64,000 nt of DNA from contig CAMAYG010000007.1 of assembly GCA_945862535.1 (NCBI GenBank), positions 16,864 through 80,863 on the forward strand, in the 5' to 3' direction. This stretch comes from Rickettsia typhi. GTDB taxonomy: Bacteria > Pseudomonadota > Alphaproteobacteria > Rickettsiales > UBA1997. Positions 19,267 to 29,206 of this stretch are shown in pieces. The position numbers and the translations under genes were made by a program. Each line of letters starts with the position of its first letter. The first letter of the stretch is position 1. The notes beneath the pieces are model-generated. The model was not told the DNA's origin. It was given only the letters and a program-made list of their open reading frames with translations, and did no database searches.

Positions 19267-19297
19267 TGTGATTTAATTAAATTATAACAATAAAAAG

Positions 19298-20464
19298 TTA
19301 GCAAAGATTTTGAATTTTCGCTATTAAAGATACATTTTCCCAACTAAAACCACCGTCTTGGTCTGGATTGCGGCCAAAATGCCCAAAAGCTGCTGTTCTC
19401 TGATATATAGGGCGATTAAGCTTAAGATGCCCCCTAATGGCTCTAGGAGATAAATCAACAAGCTGATTAATGATGTTAATGATCTTGCTATCGGCAATTT
19501 TTGAGGTGTTGTGAGTGTTAACATAGAGCGACAAAGGTTTGGCAATGCCAATTGCATATGAAATTTGAATGGTGCAACGATCGGCAATTCCACTTGCGAC
19601 AATATTTTTTGCAAGATAACGAGCCATATAAGCGGCCGATCGATCTACTTTTGTTGGATCTTTGCCAGAAAAAGCCCCACCGCCATGAGGAGCGGCTCCA
19701 CCATAAGTATCAACAATAATTTTTCTGCCAGTTAGGCCAGCATCTCCGTCTGGACCGCCAATCACAAATTTACCCGTTGGATTAACTAAAAATTTTTCTG
19801 GCTGACACATCCAGCCTTCTGGTAAAGAATCGATTACAATTGGCATAATTAAGTTTCGGACTTCATCGATGCTAATAGATTCTTTATGTTGTATTGAAAC
19901 CAAGATATTTTCTGCTCTAATAGGCTTGCCATCGTGATATTCTAGAGTTACCTGACTTTTTGCATCTGGCCCCAGCCCTTTTAATGATGGATTGCTTTTT
20001 GTGGCTTTAATGATGTTTTCGATAATGCGATGAGCATAATATATTGGGGCAGGCATTAAGGCTAAAGTTTCGTTGCAGGCATAGCCAAACATAATTCCCT
20101 GATCGCCAGCTCCCTCATCTTTATTAACACCAGCATCTACTCCCATGGCAATGTCTGGCGATTGCTTATGTAAAAGATTGGTGATTTCTAGATTTTTCCA
20201 GTGAAAACCCGGTTGTTCATAGCCAATCTCCTTAACAACCTGACGAACCTTCTCTTCGATAAGATCTTGACTAATTTCAACGGTGCGAATTTCTCCGCCA
20301 ATGATGATTCGGTTAGTGGTAGCAAATGTCTCGATTGCTAGCCTTGCTACAGGATCGACCTGAAGATATAAATCTACCAAGGCATCGGATATTTGATCGC
20401 ATATTTTGTCTGGATGACCGTTTGATACGGATTCTGAAGTAAAAAGGAAGTTTTTAGAAAACAT
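19298..20464 (-). CDS. metK: S-adenosylmethionine synthase
   Basis: [33 protein letters not shown] and [19 protein letters not shown]. Confidence 0.95.
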   Translation of the reverse strand: MFSKNFLFTSESVSNGHPDKICDQISDALVDLYLQVDPVARLAIETFATTNRIIIGGEIRTVEISQDLIEEKVRQVVKEIGYEQPGFHWKNLEITNLLHKQSPDIAMGVDAGVNKDEGAGDQGIMFGYACNETLALMPAPIYYAHRIIENIIKATKSNPSLKGLGPDAKSQVTLEYHDGKPIRAENILVSIQHKESISIDEVRNLIMPIVIDSLPEGWMCQPEKFLVNPTGKFVIGGPDGDAGLTGRKIIVDTYGGAAPHGGGAFSGKDPTKVDRSAAYMARYLAKNIVASGIADRCTIQISYAIGIAKPLSLYVNTHNTSKIADSKIINIINQLVDLSPRAIRGHLKLNRPIYQRTAAFGHFGRNPDQDGGFSWENVSLIAKIQNLC

Positions 20465-20563
20465 AATTTTGCATCTTAGTGCTAGTTATGGAAGGCTTTC
20501 CTGATTTATATTATTGGCAACATTAACTAGCAATCAATAGGCGATTGCTAGTTTCATGATTAG

Positions 20564-21205
20564 CTACTTCTTAGAAGGTGTCGCAGATTTTTTATCGGCA
20601 CCACTAGCTGCTGCTGTTTCGGTAGCAGAATCTTCTTTTGATGCACGGCCTGTAATACTGGCAATTAGGGCTTCCGATTTAGTTTCGAGAGTTACTCCTT
20701 CTGGCAAGACTAGGTCTAGGGCCCGAACCTTCTGAGCAACTCTTAAGTTTGAAATATCGTAAAATACTTCTGCCGGAACTTCGGTTCCTGCTTTGCAAAT
20801 AACTTTAATTTTTCTTTTTACAACATTTAAAAAGCCACCTCTTTTTAAACCCAGAGATTTATCGGCATTAGTAAAAGTAACTTTCGGCTGAGCTTTAAAA
20901 TATTCTTGATTGCAATTAAAGAAGTCTATGTGAATTGGGCGATCGGTTACTGGATCTAGCTCTATTTTATGAGAAATTGCTTTTATTGTTTTTCCTTCTA
21001 GCAATATTTCTACAATTGTAGTTTGCAAATTTCCTTTAAAATATTCTTGCTCGAACTGCTTTACATCGACAGAAATATTGATGCTACCAGAATTTTTGTT
21101 AGAATATATTATTGCAGGAATTCTGCTAGTGCGACGAAGTTTTTTGGTTGCTAAAGTGCCAGTTTTTTGACGAGGCTCGGCATTAAATATTGTTACAGCA
21201 GACAT
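20564..21205 (-). CDS. rplY: 50S ribosomal protein L25 (Ctc form)
   Basis: LRRTSRIPAIIY..., HKIELDPVTDRPIHIDF and a long C-terminal tail typical of the Ctc-type L25. Confidence 0.85.
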   Translation of the reverse strand: MSAVTIFNAEPRQKTGTLATKKLRRTSRIPAIIYSNKNSGSINISVDVKQFEQEYFKGNLQTTIVEILLEGKTIKAISHKIELDPVTDRPIHIDFFNCNQEYFKAQPKVTFTNADKSLGLKRGGFLNVVKRKIKVICKAGTEVPAEVFYDISNLRVAQKVRALDLVLPEGVTLETKSEALIASITGRASKEDSATETAAASGADKKSATPSKK

Positions 21206-21499
21206 ATTTACTAGATGATTATAGTTAATTAATTATTACAAAGCGAATAAATAAATTATAAGACCTTTATTATATAAGGCTTGAAATTGATTCGAAAAAA
21301 ACTTGTAATGTAAGTTTTGATAGCAAAATTCTTTTCAAAACGAAAAAAATATAAGATTGTTTTTTTAAATCAAGTAATTTTTTATTTTATTATTGCTTTT
21401 TGAAAAACTGGCAAGAATATAGTGTTTTTACTAAAGCTTTAATAGAAATTATAGGCAAAATATAATTAGGCATTTTATTAATTAGGCAAATCTACCAAA

Positions 21500-22678
21500 A
21501 TGAAAATGATTAATCACCTAGAATTAAGGCATTTTCGTAATTTTACCAGAATTGCACTAGATTTTGACTCTTCTTTAGTGTTAATTATTGGCGATAATGG
21601 CACCGGCAAAACCTCGATTCTAGAATCTCTAAGCCTTATTGGTCGTAGCGAGAATCTGCTTGAAAATACTTTAGCAGAGCTCGTTTGCTTTAACCACAAC
21701 ACTTTGGAAAATTCTCAAAATGGCAATCCAGAGCGATATATTGAAAATCAAGGCTTCTCAATATATACCAAGCTAAATCATCAATATTATCAAGATCTGA
21801 TCCTTAATTTTTATCAAAAAGAAGGGAAGAAAATCTTTATTGTCAATGGTCAGGCGGTTGCTAAAAACAAAATTGCCGAATATCGCAAGTACTTTATCAA
21901 CTTCATCTTCTTAACACCTCAAATCGAACAATTATTCATCACCAATAAATCAGAAAGAAGGAGCTATCTCGATAAAATTGTTGGCGATATAGACTTAGAG
22001 CATCATCACAGAATTAGCCAATATCAGAAGCTACTCAAAGAAAGAATGGCGATATTGCTAAATCAACAACAGAATCCAGAAGCGAAAAATTTAATTTGGC
22101 TAAAAATTATCGAAGAAAAAATTGCCGAAATCGCCGTTGCCATTGCTTTTGCAAGGGTCGAAGCGGTAATATTTTTTAATAAAGCCATTGGTGAATTTGA
22201 CTCGGAATTTCCAAAATTAACCTTAAAAATTACAGGCGAAACAGAAGAAAAAATCGACCAATTAAATCTGGTCAATGCCGTCGAATTAGAACTTGAATAC
22301 CGAGAAAAATTAGAAAAATCAAGAGGTCACGACATGTTTTCAAAAAAAAGTAACTTCGGGGTGCATAAAAGCGACTTTATGGCGATATTGCTGAAAAACA
22401 AGATCTTGGCTAGTCAATGTTCTACGGGCGAACAGAAGTCGATAATGATGGCAATCACTATTGCCAGAGCTAGAATTTCGTCTCTCTATAAGCAACAGCC
22501 TACGGTTTTGTTGCTAGACGAAGTCTTTTCTCACCTTGATAACGACAAAATTAGGGCAATTTTTAACGAAATTATCAATTGCAATTTGCAATGCTTTCTT
22601 ACCGCGACTAATAGTAAATTTATTGAAAGTGCAAATTTAGAACACAAGCTAATTCAAATCATTAACTTGTCGCAATAA
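21500..22678 (+). CDS. recF: DNA replication and repair protein RecF
   Basis: LELRHFRNF...IIGDNGTGKTSILESL (Walker A), signature-like STGEQKSIMMAI, and Walker B LLLDEV. Confidence 0.8.
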   Translation: MKMINHLELRHFRNFTRIALDFDSSLVLIIGDNGTGKTSILESLSLIGRSENLLENTLAELVCFNHNTLENSQNGNPERYIENQGFSIYTKLNHQYYQDLILNFYQKEGKKIFIVNGQAVAKNKIAEYRKYFINFIFLTPQIEQLFITNKSERRSYLDKIVGDIDLEHHHRISQYQKLLKERMAILLNQQQNPEAKNLIWLKIIEEKIAEIAVAIAFARVEAVIFFNKAIGEFDSEFPKLTLKITGETEEKIDQLNLVNAVELELEYREKLEKSRGHDMFSKKSNFGVHKSDFMAILLKNKILASQCSTGEQKSIMMAITIARARISSLYKQQPTVLLLDEVFSHLDNDKIRAIFNEIINCNLQCFLTATNSKFIESANLEHKLIQIINLSQ

Positions 22679-22936
22679 TTTATTTTAGTTTTTAGTAATT
22701 TTAACAACAAATAAAGCTTGATTTATTTTTTTTAGATTTTACGATACTGCATCGTTTAAGATTAAGTAGGTTTCATAATAATCTACAAAGTCTAATAATT
22801 GAAAGTCAAATAATTGCAAGTTTTAATTTATTAGCGATTATTTCATTTGCCTGAAAGACTATTTACCCGAAAGCTATTTACCCGAAAGAGCAGATAAAAT
22901 AATCAATACCTAAATAATCAATAAAATCATAAAACA

Positions 22937-23158
22937 ATGGGCACTAAGAATAACCCGAAGAATCGCGGAAAAAATAATCAAAAAAGAAAGTTCAACGGCA
23001 AGGAAATCGAGCCAGTTCTTTACTATGGAAACGCAGTTGGACACGGAAAATATATGGCTGCAAAATATATTGGCACCACTCAACTAGTGTTCTTGCCAAA
23101 TGTAACATCTCCTGCCGAATGGAGTCAGCTTGATCGCAACGAAAACAAGGAAGAGTAA
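22937..23158 (+). CDS. Small basic hypothetical protein
   Basis: 73-aa ORF in an otherwise empty intergenic gap, with a Lys/Asn-rich N-terminus. Supported only by ORF length and position. Confidence 0.3.
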   Translation: MGTKNNPKNRGKNNQKRKFNGKEIEPVLYYGNAVGHGKYMAAKYIGTTQLVFLPNVTSPAEWSQLDRNENKEE

Positions 23159-23215
23159 TAATCGACAATCCTAATTGGGCTTTATCGCTTAATCTTATCA
23201 CTCAATTTGTAAAAT

Positions 23216-23983
23216 ATGTCTGAAGTCATTATCAATGGACCTGCTGGTAGAATAGAGGGCAGATATCATCAAAACGAAAATCCTAAAGCACCAATAGCCC
23301 TTGTTCTTCATCCGCATCCTCTTTATGGTGGCACGATGAATAACAAAATTACCTATCATCTTTACAAAGCATTTGTCGATAACGGTTTTTCGGTCTTGCG
23401 AATTAATTTTCGTGGAGTTGGTAAATCGGAAGGTAAATTCGATAATGGCAACGGCGAACTAATAGATGCAACGGTTGTAATGAACTGGCTTCACGACCAA
23501 AATCTTCAGGCAACAGACTTCTGGGTTGCAGGATTTTCTTTTGGCTCTTGGATAGCACTACAACTAGCAATGCGAAGACCAGAAATTGAAAATTATATTC
23601 TTGTCGCTCCTCCTGTTTCAAAATACGACTTCAACTTTATCGTTCCTTGCGATGCCTCTGCACTAATCATCCAAGGAGACAAAGACGATATAAGCAAGGA
23701 AGTCGACACCTCAAGAATGGTAGAAAAACTTAGTAGTAGAAAAACCGCCTCGGTAGAATATCAGATTATTAACAATGCTGGTCACTTCTTCGAAGAAAAA
23801 ATCGACGAACTAATTGTTATCACCAATTCTCACATCAAAACAAAAATCAACCTCGACGAAACCAAAATAAGAAAAGTCAAGAGAGATCGTCGCCGTCGTC
23901 GCCGTAAAAAAATCATTGCCGAAATAAAACCAGAACGGAACCACTTTCCTGTTAAACCTCTTTCTAGTTTCGAAGATTTTTAG
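23216..23983 (+). CDS. Alpha/beta hydrolase (COG2945-like) with a highly basic C-terminal extension
   Basis: GPAGRIEGRY...LVLHPHPLYGGTMNNK...LRINFRGVGKSEG...GFSFGS (nucleophile elbow). The C-terminal tail contains KRDRRRRRRKK. Confidence 0.7.
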   Translation: MSEVIINGPAGRIEGRYHQNENPKAPIALVLHPHPLYGGTMNNKITYHLYKAFVDNGFSVLRINFRGVGKSEGKFDNGNGELIDATVVMNWLHDQNLQATDFWVAGFSFGSWIALQLAMRRPEIENYILVAPPVSKYDFNFIVPCDASALIIQGDKDDISKEVDTSRMVEKLSSRKTASVEYQIINNAGHFFEEKIDELIVITNSHIKTKINLDETKIRKVKRDRRRRRRKKIIAEIKPERNHFPVKPLSSFEDF

Positions 23984-23987
23984 CCTA

Positions 23988-24122
23988 ATGATGCCAAAAT
24001 ATCGCAATTACACTGTTTTAATATTAATAATATTGCTAATTTTAAATATTAGCAGTTGTGGCAGAAAGACAGATCCAGAGCCAATAACAGATCTCAGGCC
24101 AAATTTTGAAAATGTTTATTAA
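23988..24122 (+). CDS. Small lipoprotein (44 aa), LptM/YifL-like; below the ORF-track length cutoff
   Basis: MMPKYRNYTVLILIILLILNISSCGRKTDPEPITDLRPNFENVY. It has a hydrophobic signal, a lipobox-like ISSC, and a Cys-Gly-(R/K)-K...P mature start. Confidence 0.45.
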   Translation: MMPKYRNYTVLILIILLILNISSCGRKTDPEPITDLRPNFENVY

Positions 24123-24169
24123 ATCTTGCAAATCAAGACCACATTAAAAATTCACTACGACAAAGCAAA

Positions 24170-25390
24170 ATGACAAAAGAAATCTCGATCAGTCAAATTT
24201 TTCTACAAGAAATCGAACAAGAATTGGCAGATCTAAAAAAACAAGGATTATATAAAACAGAACATCCAATTTACAGCCCCCAATCGTCAAAAATACAACT
24301 AGATATCGATAAATCGCAAGATTATCTTAATTTTTGCTCAAATAACTATCTTGGACTTGCCAATAATCCCAAATTAAAAACGGTCGCTAAAGAAACTATC
24401 GATAAATACGGAATTGGCACCGCCTCGGTTCGCTTCATTTGCGGAACGACAGCAATTCATCAAGAACTAGAAAAAAAACTTGCTAATTTTCTTGGTTTTG
24501 AAGATGTCATAACTTACTCTTCTTGTTTTGCCGCCAATGGAGCGGTTTTCTCGACATTATTAGGAGAAAAAGATGCCATAATCTCTGCCGACCTAAATCA
24601 TGCAAGCCTAATTGACGGAATCAGGCTCTCGAAAGCCAAAAGATTTTTCTACAAATACAACGATATGGCGGAATTAGAGCAGAAACTAATAGAATCGCAA
24701 AGTAGTCGCTATCGCCTTATAGTAACCGATGGAGTTTTTTCGATGGATGGCGATATCGCTAATTTACAAGAAATCTGCAAATTAGCGAAACAATATAACT
24801 CACTCCTAATGGTCGACGATTCTCATGCTACAGGATTCGTTGGCAAAACTGGGCGAGGCACAGCAGAACATTGCGCGGTAATTGACGGTGTCGATATTTT
24901 AAGCGGAACTTTAGGCAAGGCTCTTGGCGGTGGTGGCGGGGGTTTTATTGCCTCGAAACATTTAATTATCGACAAACTTCGTAACAAATCTCGGCCATAT
25001 TTATTTTCTAACAACTTATTGCCAATGGTTGTAGCAACATCAATTTCAGCTATAGATTTAATTGCCACAAGCCCAGAATTAATCAATAAAATCAACGAAA
25101 ACACTAATTATTTTCGCCAAAAAATGTTAAGTAATAATTTCGATCTGAGAGACCCTAAAGCAACACATCCTGTAGTGCCAGTAATGCTTTACGATGCAGT
25201 TCTTGCAAGTAATTTTGCCAAAAAAATGATCGAAGAACATAAAATATTCGTTATCGCTTTTGCTTTCCCGGTTGTGCCAATGAATGAGGCAAGAATCAGG
25301 GTGCAAATTTCTGCCGATCATAATTTTTCAGACATCGATAAAGCGGTCGAAGCTTTTATTGCTGTTCGTAACGAATTACAAAACAGCTAA
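24170..25390 (+). CDS. kbl: Glycine C-acetyltransferase (2-amino-3-ketobutyrate CoA ligase)
   Basis: NFCSNNYLGLANNP, ASVRFICGT, YSSCFAANG, LNHASLIDGIRL, DGVFSMDGD, VDDSHATGF and SGTLGKALGG are nearly collinear with Kbl as I recall it. Confidence 0.8.
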   Translation: MTKEISISQIFLQEIEQELADLKKQGLYKTEHPIYSPQSSKIQLDIDKSQDYLNFCSNNYLGLANNPKLKTVAKETIDKYGIGTASVRFICGTTAIHQELEKKLANFLGFEDVITYSSCFAANGAVFSTLLGEKDAIISADLNHASLIDGIRLSKAKRFFYKYNDMAELEQKLIESQSSRYRLIVTDGVFSMDGDIANLQEICKLAKQYNSLLMVDDSHATGFVGKTGRGTAEHCAVIDGVDILSGTLGKALGGGGGGFIASKHLIIDKLRNKSRPYLFSNNLLPMVVATSISAIDLIATSPELINKINENTNYFRQKMLSNNFDLRDPKATHPVVPVMLYDAVLASNFAKKMIEEHKIFVIAFAFPVVPMNEARIRVQISADHNFSDIDKAVEAFIAVRNELQNS

Positions 25391-25393
25391 AAT

Positions 25394-26203
25394 ATGAAAA
25401 CATTAAATAATAAGCCAGTTCTAGTAATAATTCCTGCTCGACTAGCATCAACAAGGCTTCCAAATAAACCTTTAGCAAATATCAATGGTCAATCGATGAT
25501 TTCACGAGTGGCAAAAAGGGCTTTACTAGCCAATGTTGGCAAGGTTATTGTGGCATGCGATTCTGCGATAATTGCTCAGGAAGTCGCTAAATTAGGAGTA
25601 GAAGCAATTATCACCAATCCAGACTTACCTTCTGGCACAGACCGCATATATCGGGCACTCACCATATTTTTAGAACAAACAAATGCTAAAATAGCAGATT
25701 TTTCGGCAATTATCAATTTACAAGGCGACCTACCATTAATCAACCCAGAAATGTTGCAAATATTGGCTCTAGCAACAATTAACAGCGATTCCGACATTAC
25801 TACTTTGGCAGCGGAAATCGTTGAAGAGGCAGAAATAAATAATCCTAATGTTGTAAAAATTGCTATTGCTAATATTACAAGGCAGAATCTCGAAAATCGC
25901 TTACTTGATATTGGCAATGCACTATATTTTTCTCGATCACCCATACCACATTCTTTAAAAGGCAAAGAAAAGGCAAGTTTTTATCATCACATTGGTATTT
26001 ACGGCTATAAACCATTGTCATTGGCAAAATTTATTAGCTTGGAGCCATCTAATCTCGAAAAAATTGAAAGCTTAGAGCAGTTAAGAGCCTTAGAAAATAA
26101 AATGTCGATTGGAGTTGCAATTGTCAACGAAGTTCCTGTTTCGGTAGATGACGAGGCAGATCTAGAAAAAGCAATAAAATTATCACAAAACCAAAATATT
26201 TAA
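25394..26203 (+). CDS. kdsB: 3-deoxy-manno-octulosonate cytidylyltransferase
   Basis: VIIPARLASTRLPNKPLANI, NLQGDLPLI, and HIGIYGYK. Confidence 0.85.
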   Translation: MKTLNNKPVLVIIPARLASTRLPNKPLANINGQSMISRVAKRALLANVGKVIVACDSAIIAQEVAKLGVEAIITNPDLPSGTDRIYRALTIFLEQTNAKIADFSAIINLQGDLPLINPEMLQILALATINSDSDITTLAAEIVEEAEINNPNVVKIAIANITRQNLENRLLDIGNALYFSRSPIPHSLKGKEKASFYHHIGIYGYKPLSLAKFISLEPSNLEKIESLEQLRALENKMSIGVAIVNEVPVSVDDEADLEKAIKLSQNQNI

Positions 26204-26211
26204 TTACAGCC

Positions 26212-27132
26212 ATGTCCACTAATCTATCGACAGCCGCAAAAGATCGGCTTTCCGAAGTTATTTACAACCCCAAAAAAATCAATATTTCCTTCGAATTTTT
26301 TCCACCAAAAAATCTTACAATGGAAGAAGAGTTGTGGCAATCAATTACCAGCTTGGCAAATCTTCAGCCAGAATTTGTTTCGGTAACATTTGGAGCAGGA
26401 GGAAGCACCAGAGAAAGAACTCACAACACCATAGCCCGTATTATCAAAGAAACCGCATTAAAGCCAGCACCGCATCTTACTTGTGTCGCATCATCAAAGC
26501 AGGAAATCGAGGAAATTGCCAGAAACTACTGGGATATTGGCGTTAAACACATTGTTGCCCTCAGAGGAGATATGCCTTCGCAAAGCCCAAATTATCAACT
26601 TCATCCTGATGGCTATAATTTTGCCAATGAATTGGTTTATGCCTTAAAAAAAATCGCTAATTTTGAAATATCGGTTGCAGGCTATCCAGAAAAACACCCC
26701 GAAGCAAGAGATTTAGCAAGCGATATCGACAATTTAAAGCGGAAAATCGATGCTGGAGCAGATCGGGTAATTACTCAATTTTTTTTTGACACCGAATATT
26801 TCTTTGAATTTATTAATCTGTGCGAAAAGAAGCAGATAAAAACCCCAATAGTTCCGGGGATTCTGCCAGTTGCCAATATCACTCAAGTGCAACATTTTGC
26901 TAAAATGTGCGGAACAAAAATTCCTGAATGGCTTAATAAAATATTTTATGGCCTAGAAGATAAGGCAGAAACAAGAAAGCTAATCGCCACTGTAGTCGCA
27001 GTTGAAATAAGCAGAATCTTATATCAAAACGGTGTTAATAACTTTCATTTTTATACCTTAAATCGGTCAGACATTACCACGGCAATTTGCCATATTCTTG
27101 GGGTTTCTAACAACCCGCTAATCAATCAATAA
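26212..27132 (+). CDS. metF: 5,10-methylenetetrahydrofolate reductase
   Basis: ISFEFFPPK, VSVTFGAGGSTRERTH, ALRGD, and ITQFFFD. Confidence 0.85.
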   Translation: MSTNLSTAAKDRLSEVIYNPKKINISFEFFPPKNLTMEEELWQSITSLANLQPEFVSVTFGAGGSTRERTHNTIARIIKETALKPAPHLTCVASSKQEIEEIARNYWDIGVKHIVALRGDMPSQSPNYQLHPDGYNFANELVYALKKIANFEISVAGYPEKHPEARDLASDIDNLKRKIDAGADRVITQFFFDTEYFFEFINLCEKKQIKTPIVPGILPVANITQVQHFAKMCGTKIPEWLNKIFYGLEDKAETRKLIATVVAVEISRILYQNGVNNFHFYTLNRSDITTAICHILGVSNNPLINQ

Positions 27133-27138
27133 CAACAG

Positions 27139-27579
27139 ATGATGGCTTATTGGCAGTTATTTTTTAGCAGCTTTACCACCAATTTAATATTTTTTCCTTG
27201 GCTTAAAGATTTTGCTTTAGCCACAATGCTGTTAAATGGCAATTACGATTCCTTAGCAATTTATGCTGTGGTTATTTTGGCGACAACCATCGCCTCTTTT
27301 GCTAATTATTTTCTTGGCTGGCTTTTAATGATTTGCAATAATATTTATCGAATAAAATTGCAAAAACCAGCAAAAACCGCCTTAAAATACAAAACTTTTG
27401 GCTATTTTTTCTTGCCAATTGGTTTTTTGTCTATTATCGGCGAATCAATTAGTTTGTTAGGAGGATTTTTAAGACTAAATTTTATTAGATTTTTACTGAT
27501 TAATATTGCGATTAGATTGATATTTTTCTACCTATTAATTTTTAAAAATATCAATATCGATTTTCTTGAAAAATTTTAA
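27139..27579 (+). CDS. Integral membrane protein, function unknown
   Basis: 146 aa with four hydrophobic segments. No diagnostic motif. Confidence 0.4.
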   Translation: MMAYWQLFFSSFTTNLIFFPWLKDFALATMLLNGNYDSLAIYAVVILATTIASFANYFLGWLLMICNNIYRIKLQKPAKTALKYKTFGYFFLPIGFLSIIGESISLLGGFLRLNFIRFLLINIAIRLIFFYLLIFKNINIDFLEKF

Positions 27580-27589
27580 TTCCAGAAAT

Positions 27590-28483
27590 CTAGAAATCGA
27601 ATTCTTTATTTTCCTCTTTCTTGACCTCGCTAGTATTGGCGGAATTAGCACTCTTCCTTTCTAACTCTTGCTTCTTTACTAAATTTATCACTTCCTTGCC
27701 CTCGACAACAGATTTACTACCTAAAACAAAAGTCTGATTTGGCATTAGAGTGAATCTTGTTTCAACATTGTTTTCGGCATTAACTTGAGGCGGAATATCT
27801 AGCTTTTTCTTGCCAGAAATGATTTGCCATTTACTAAGTGGCATTTGCCACAAAATATTAGCAAGATCTTTTGTTAGGCTAATAACATATAATTCTTTTT
27901 TCTTGCTATTATTTTTATTGGTAATTTTTTGTTCATTAATCCAAATTGCCCAATTATTGTTATTCTCAAATAGTATCGAGGCCAAATAAATATAAGCTTT
28001 CTCATTAGCTAAATTTTCCTCTTGTTTTTTTGCCTCTAAGTCTTTCTTTTTTTGTTCAAGATTTTTTCTTTCTTCATCTGTCATATATTCGTCGTTTTCA
28101 ATAGCAAAGGTCTCTGAGCCACCGTTTTTCGCTACTTTAATCGCTTTTTTAAGGTTTTTTTTAGCACTCTTATTTAGCATAATCGATTTATAATTCTCAT
28201 TTTCTAGCAATTCACCAACTTCCTCAGCAATACCTTTGCTGTTGCCTTTTAATTCGCTAATTAATTCTTGCGAATTGACAATTTCTTTCAGATCTGCTAC
28301 TTTATCAATCACTTCCTTAGTTTCTTCTGATATTTTTCTAGAAATAGACGGGTCTTTCTTGACTCGATCCTCTATTGTGGCTTCTTGTTGGCAATAGGCT
28401 TCATTACAACAAAAAACGACTGCCAAAGCAATGATTTTTTGCTGGAAAAAGCGATATATTGTTTTAAAATTTAGCAACATCAT
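27590..28483 (-). CDS. Secreted coiled-coil protein, PilP-like by architecture
   Basis: Signal-like N-terminus (IIALAVVFCCNEAYCQQ), a Lys/Glu-rich coiled coil, and a C-terminal beta-rich segment (YLASILFENNNNWAIWINEQKI...). Last gene of a three-gene operon. Confidence 0.35.
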   Translation of the reverse strand: MMLLNFKTIYRFFQQKIIALAVVFCCNEAYCQQEATIEDRVKKDPSISRKISEETKEVIDKVADLKEIVNSQELISELKGNSKGIAEEVGELLENENYKSIMLNKSAKKNLKKAIKVAKNGGSETFAIENDEYMTDEERKNLEQKKKDLEAKKQEENLANEKAYIYLASILFENNNNWAIWINEQKITNKNNSKKKELYVISLTKDLANILWQMPLSKWQIISGKKKLDIPPQVNAENNVETRFTLMPNQTFVLGSKSVVEGKEVINLVKKQELERKSANSANTSEVKKEENKEFDF

Positions 28484-28504
28484 AATGGCTGAAATATATT
28501 TTAG

Positions 28505-29206
28505 TTACTGTTTTATTTGTTCTACTTTGGGCAATGTTGTATTTTGTGGCTTTTCCTGGCTTTTATTTGCAGTATTTTCAACCTCTTTATCGCGGTAACT
28601 ATACCAAAAAAACTTAATTATTACATTAAAAATAGGGACAAAATCTGTGCTATTATTAGCAATTTTAATAAAATCTTCTTCTTTATATTCTCGCCCCTTT
28701 TTGATCTCAATACTCTTAAAAAGCAAGAACCCTGCAATTTTATTGTCTAAATCTTCAATGAAACTAAAAACTTCGTTATCGCTATGAGCATTAAGAATAA
28801 TTGTTACCTCGGTACTAAAAAGATTCAGCGGACTCTTATCTGCACTGCCCAAAGGGAGAATTTCTGGCAAAGGAATTGCCATATTAACAACTTTCAACAT
28901 ATGAGTTTTAGCAAGATTGTCAATTAGGGCTTTAAACTCTTCCGCCTTCACTCCGTCGAGCTTTTTCTTGGAATTTGGCAATTTATTCCATAAAATACGA
29001 TATTTTTTTAAATCTTCCGCTTTCTTCTTTATGTCGACAATTTTTTGACTTATCTGCTCTGCTTCAACCTTATAATTATTGCTTTGAGCGATCATATCTA
29101 GATGCCTTTTATTGACAAAAAAATATGACGAAGCAAAAGCCAGCAAAATAATCAAAGACAAAGTTACATTTAAATAAATACGCTTTTGAAGAGTAGTAAT
29201 TTTCAT
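28505..29206 (-). CDS. Bitopic membrane protein, PilO/GspM-like by architecture
   Basis: N-terminal TM helix, a coiled coil, then a ferredoxin-like pattern (VTIILNAHSDNEVFSFIEDLDNKIAGFLLFKSIEIKK...FNVIIKFFWYSY). Its start overlaps the upstream gene by 4 nt. Confidence 0.4.
   Translation of the reverse strand: MKITTLQKRIYLNVTLSLIILLAFASSYFFVNKRHLDMIAQSNNYKVEAEQISQKIVDIKKKAEDLKKYRILWNKLPNSKKKLDGVKAEEFKALIDNLAKTHMLKVVNMAIPLPEILPLGSADKSPLNLFSTEVTIILNAHSDNEVFSFIEDLDNKIAGFLLFKSIEIKKGREYKEEDFIKIANNSTDFVPIFNVIIKFFWYSYRDKEVENTANKSQEKPQNTTLPKVEQIKQ

Noticed and set aside
24930-24950. GGGGGG run in Kbl (GKALGGGGGGF), considered as a possible frameshift-prone or repeat feature.
   Set aside because: It aligns with the GKALGGASGG segment of Kbl and related enzymes and is encoded by mixed Gly codons, so there is no homopolymer tract.
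26334-26546. Alternative-frame 70-aa ORF inside metF.
   Set aside because: It overlaps the strongly supported metF frame on the same strand, and its basic, low-complexity translation has no motif support.
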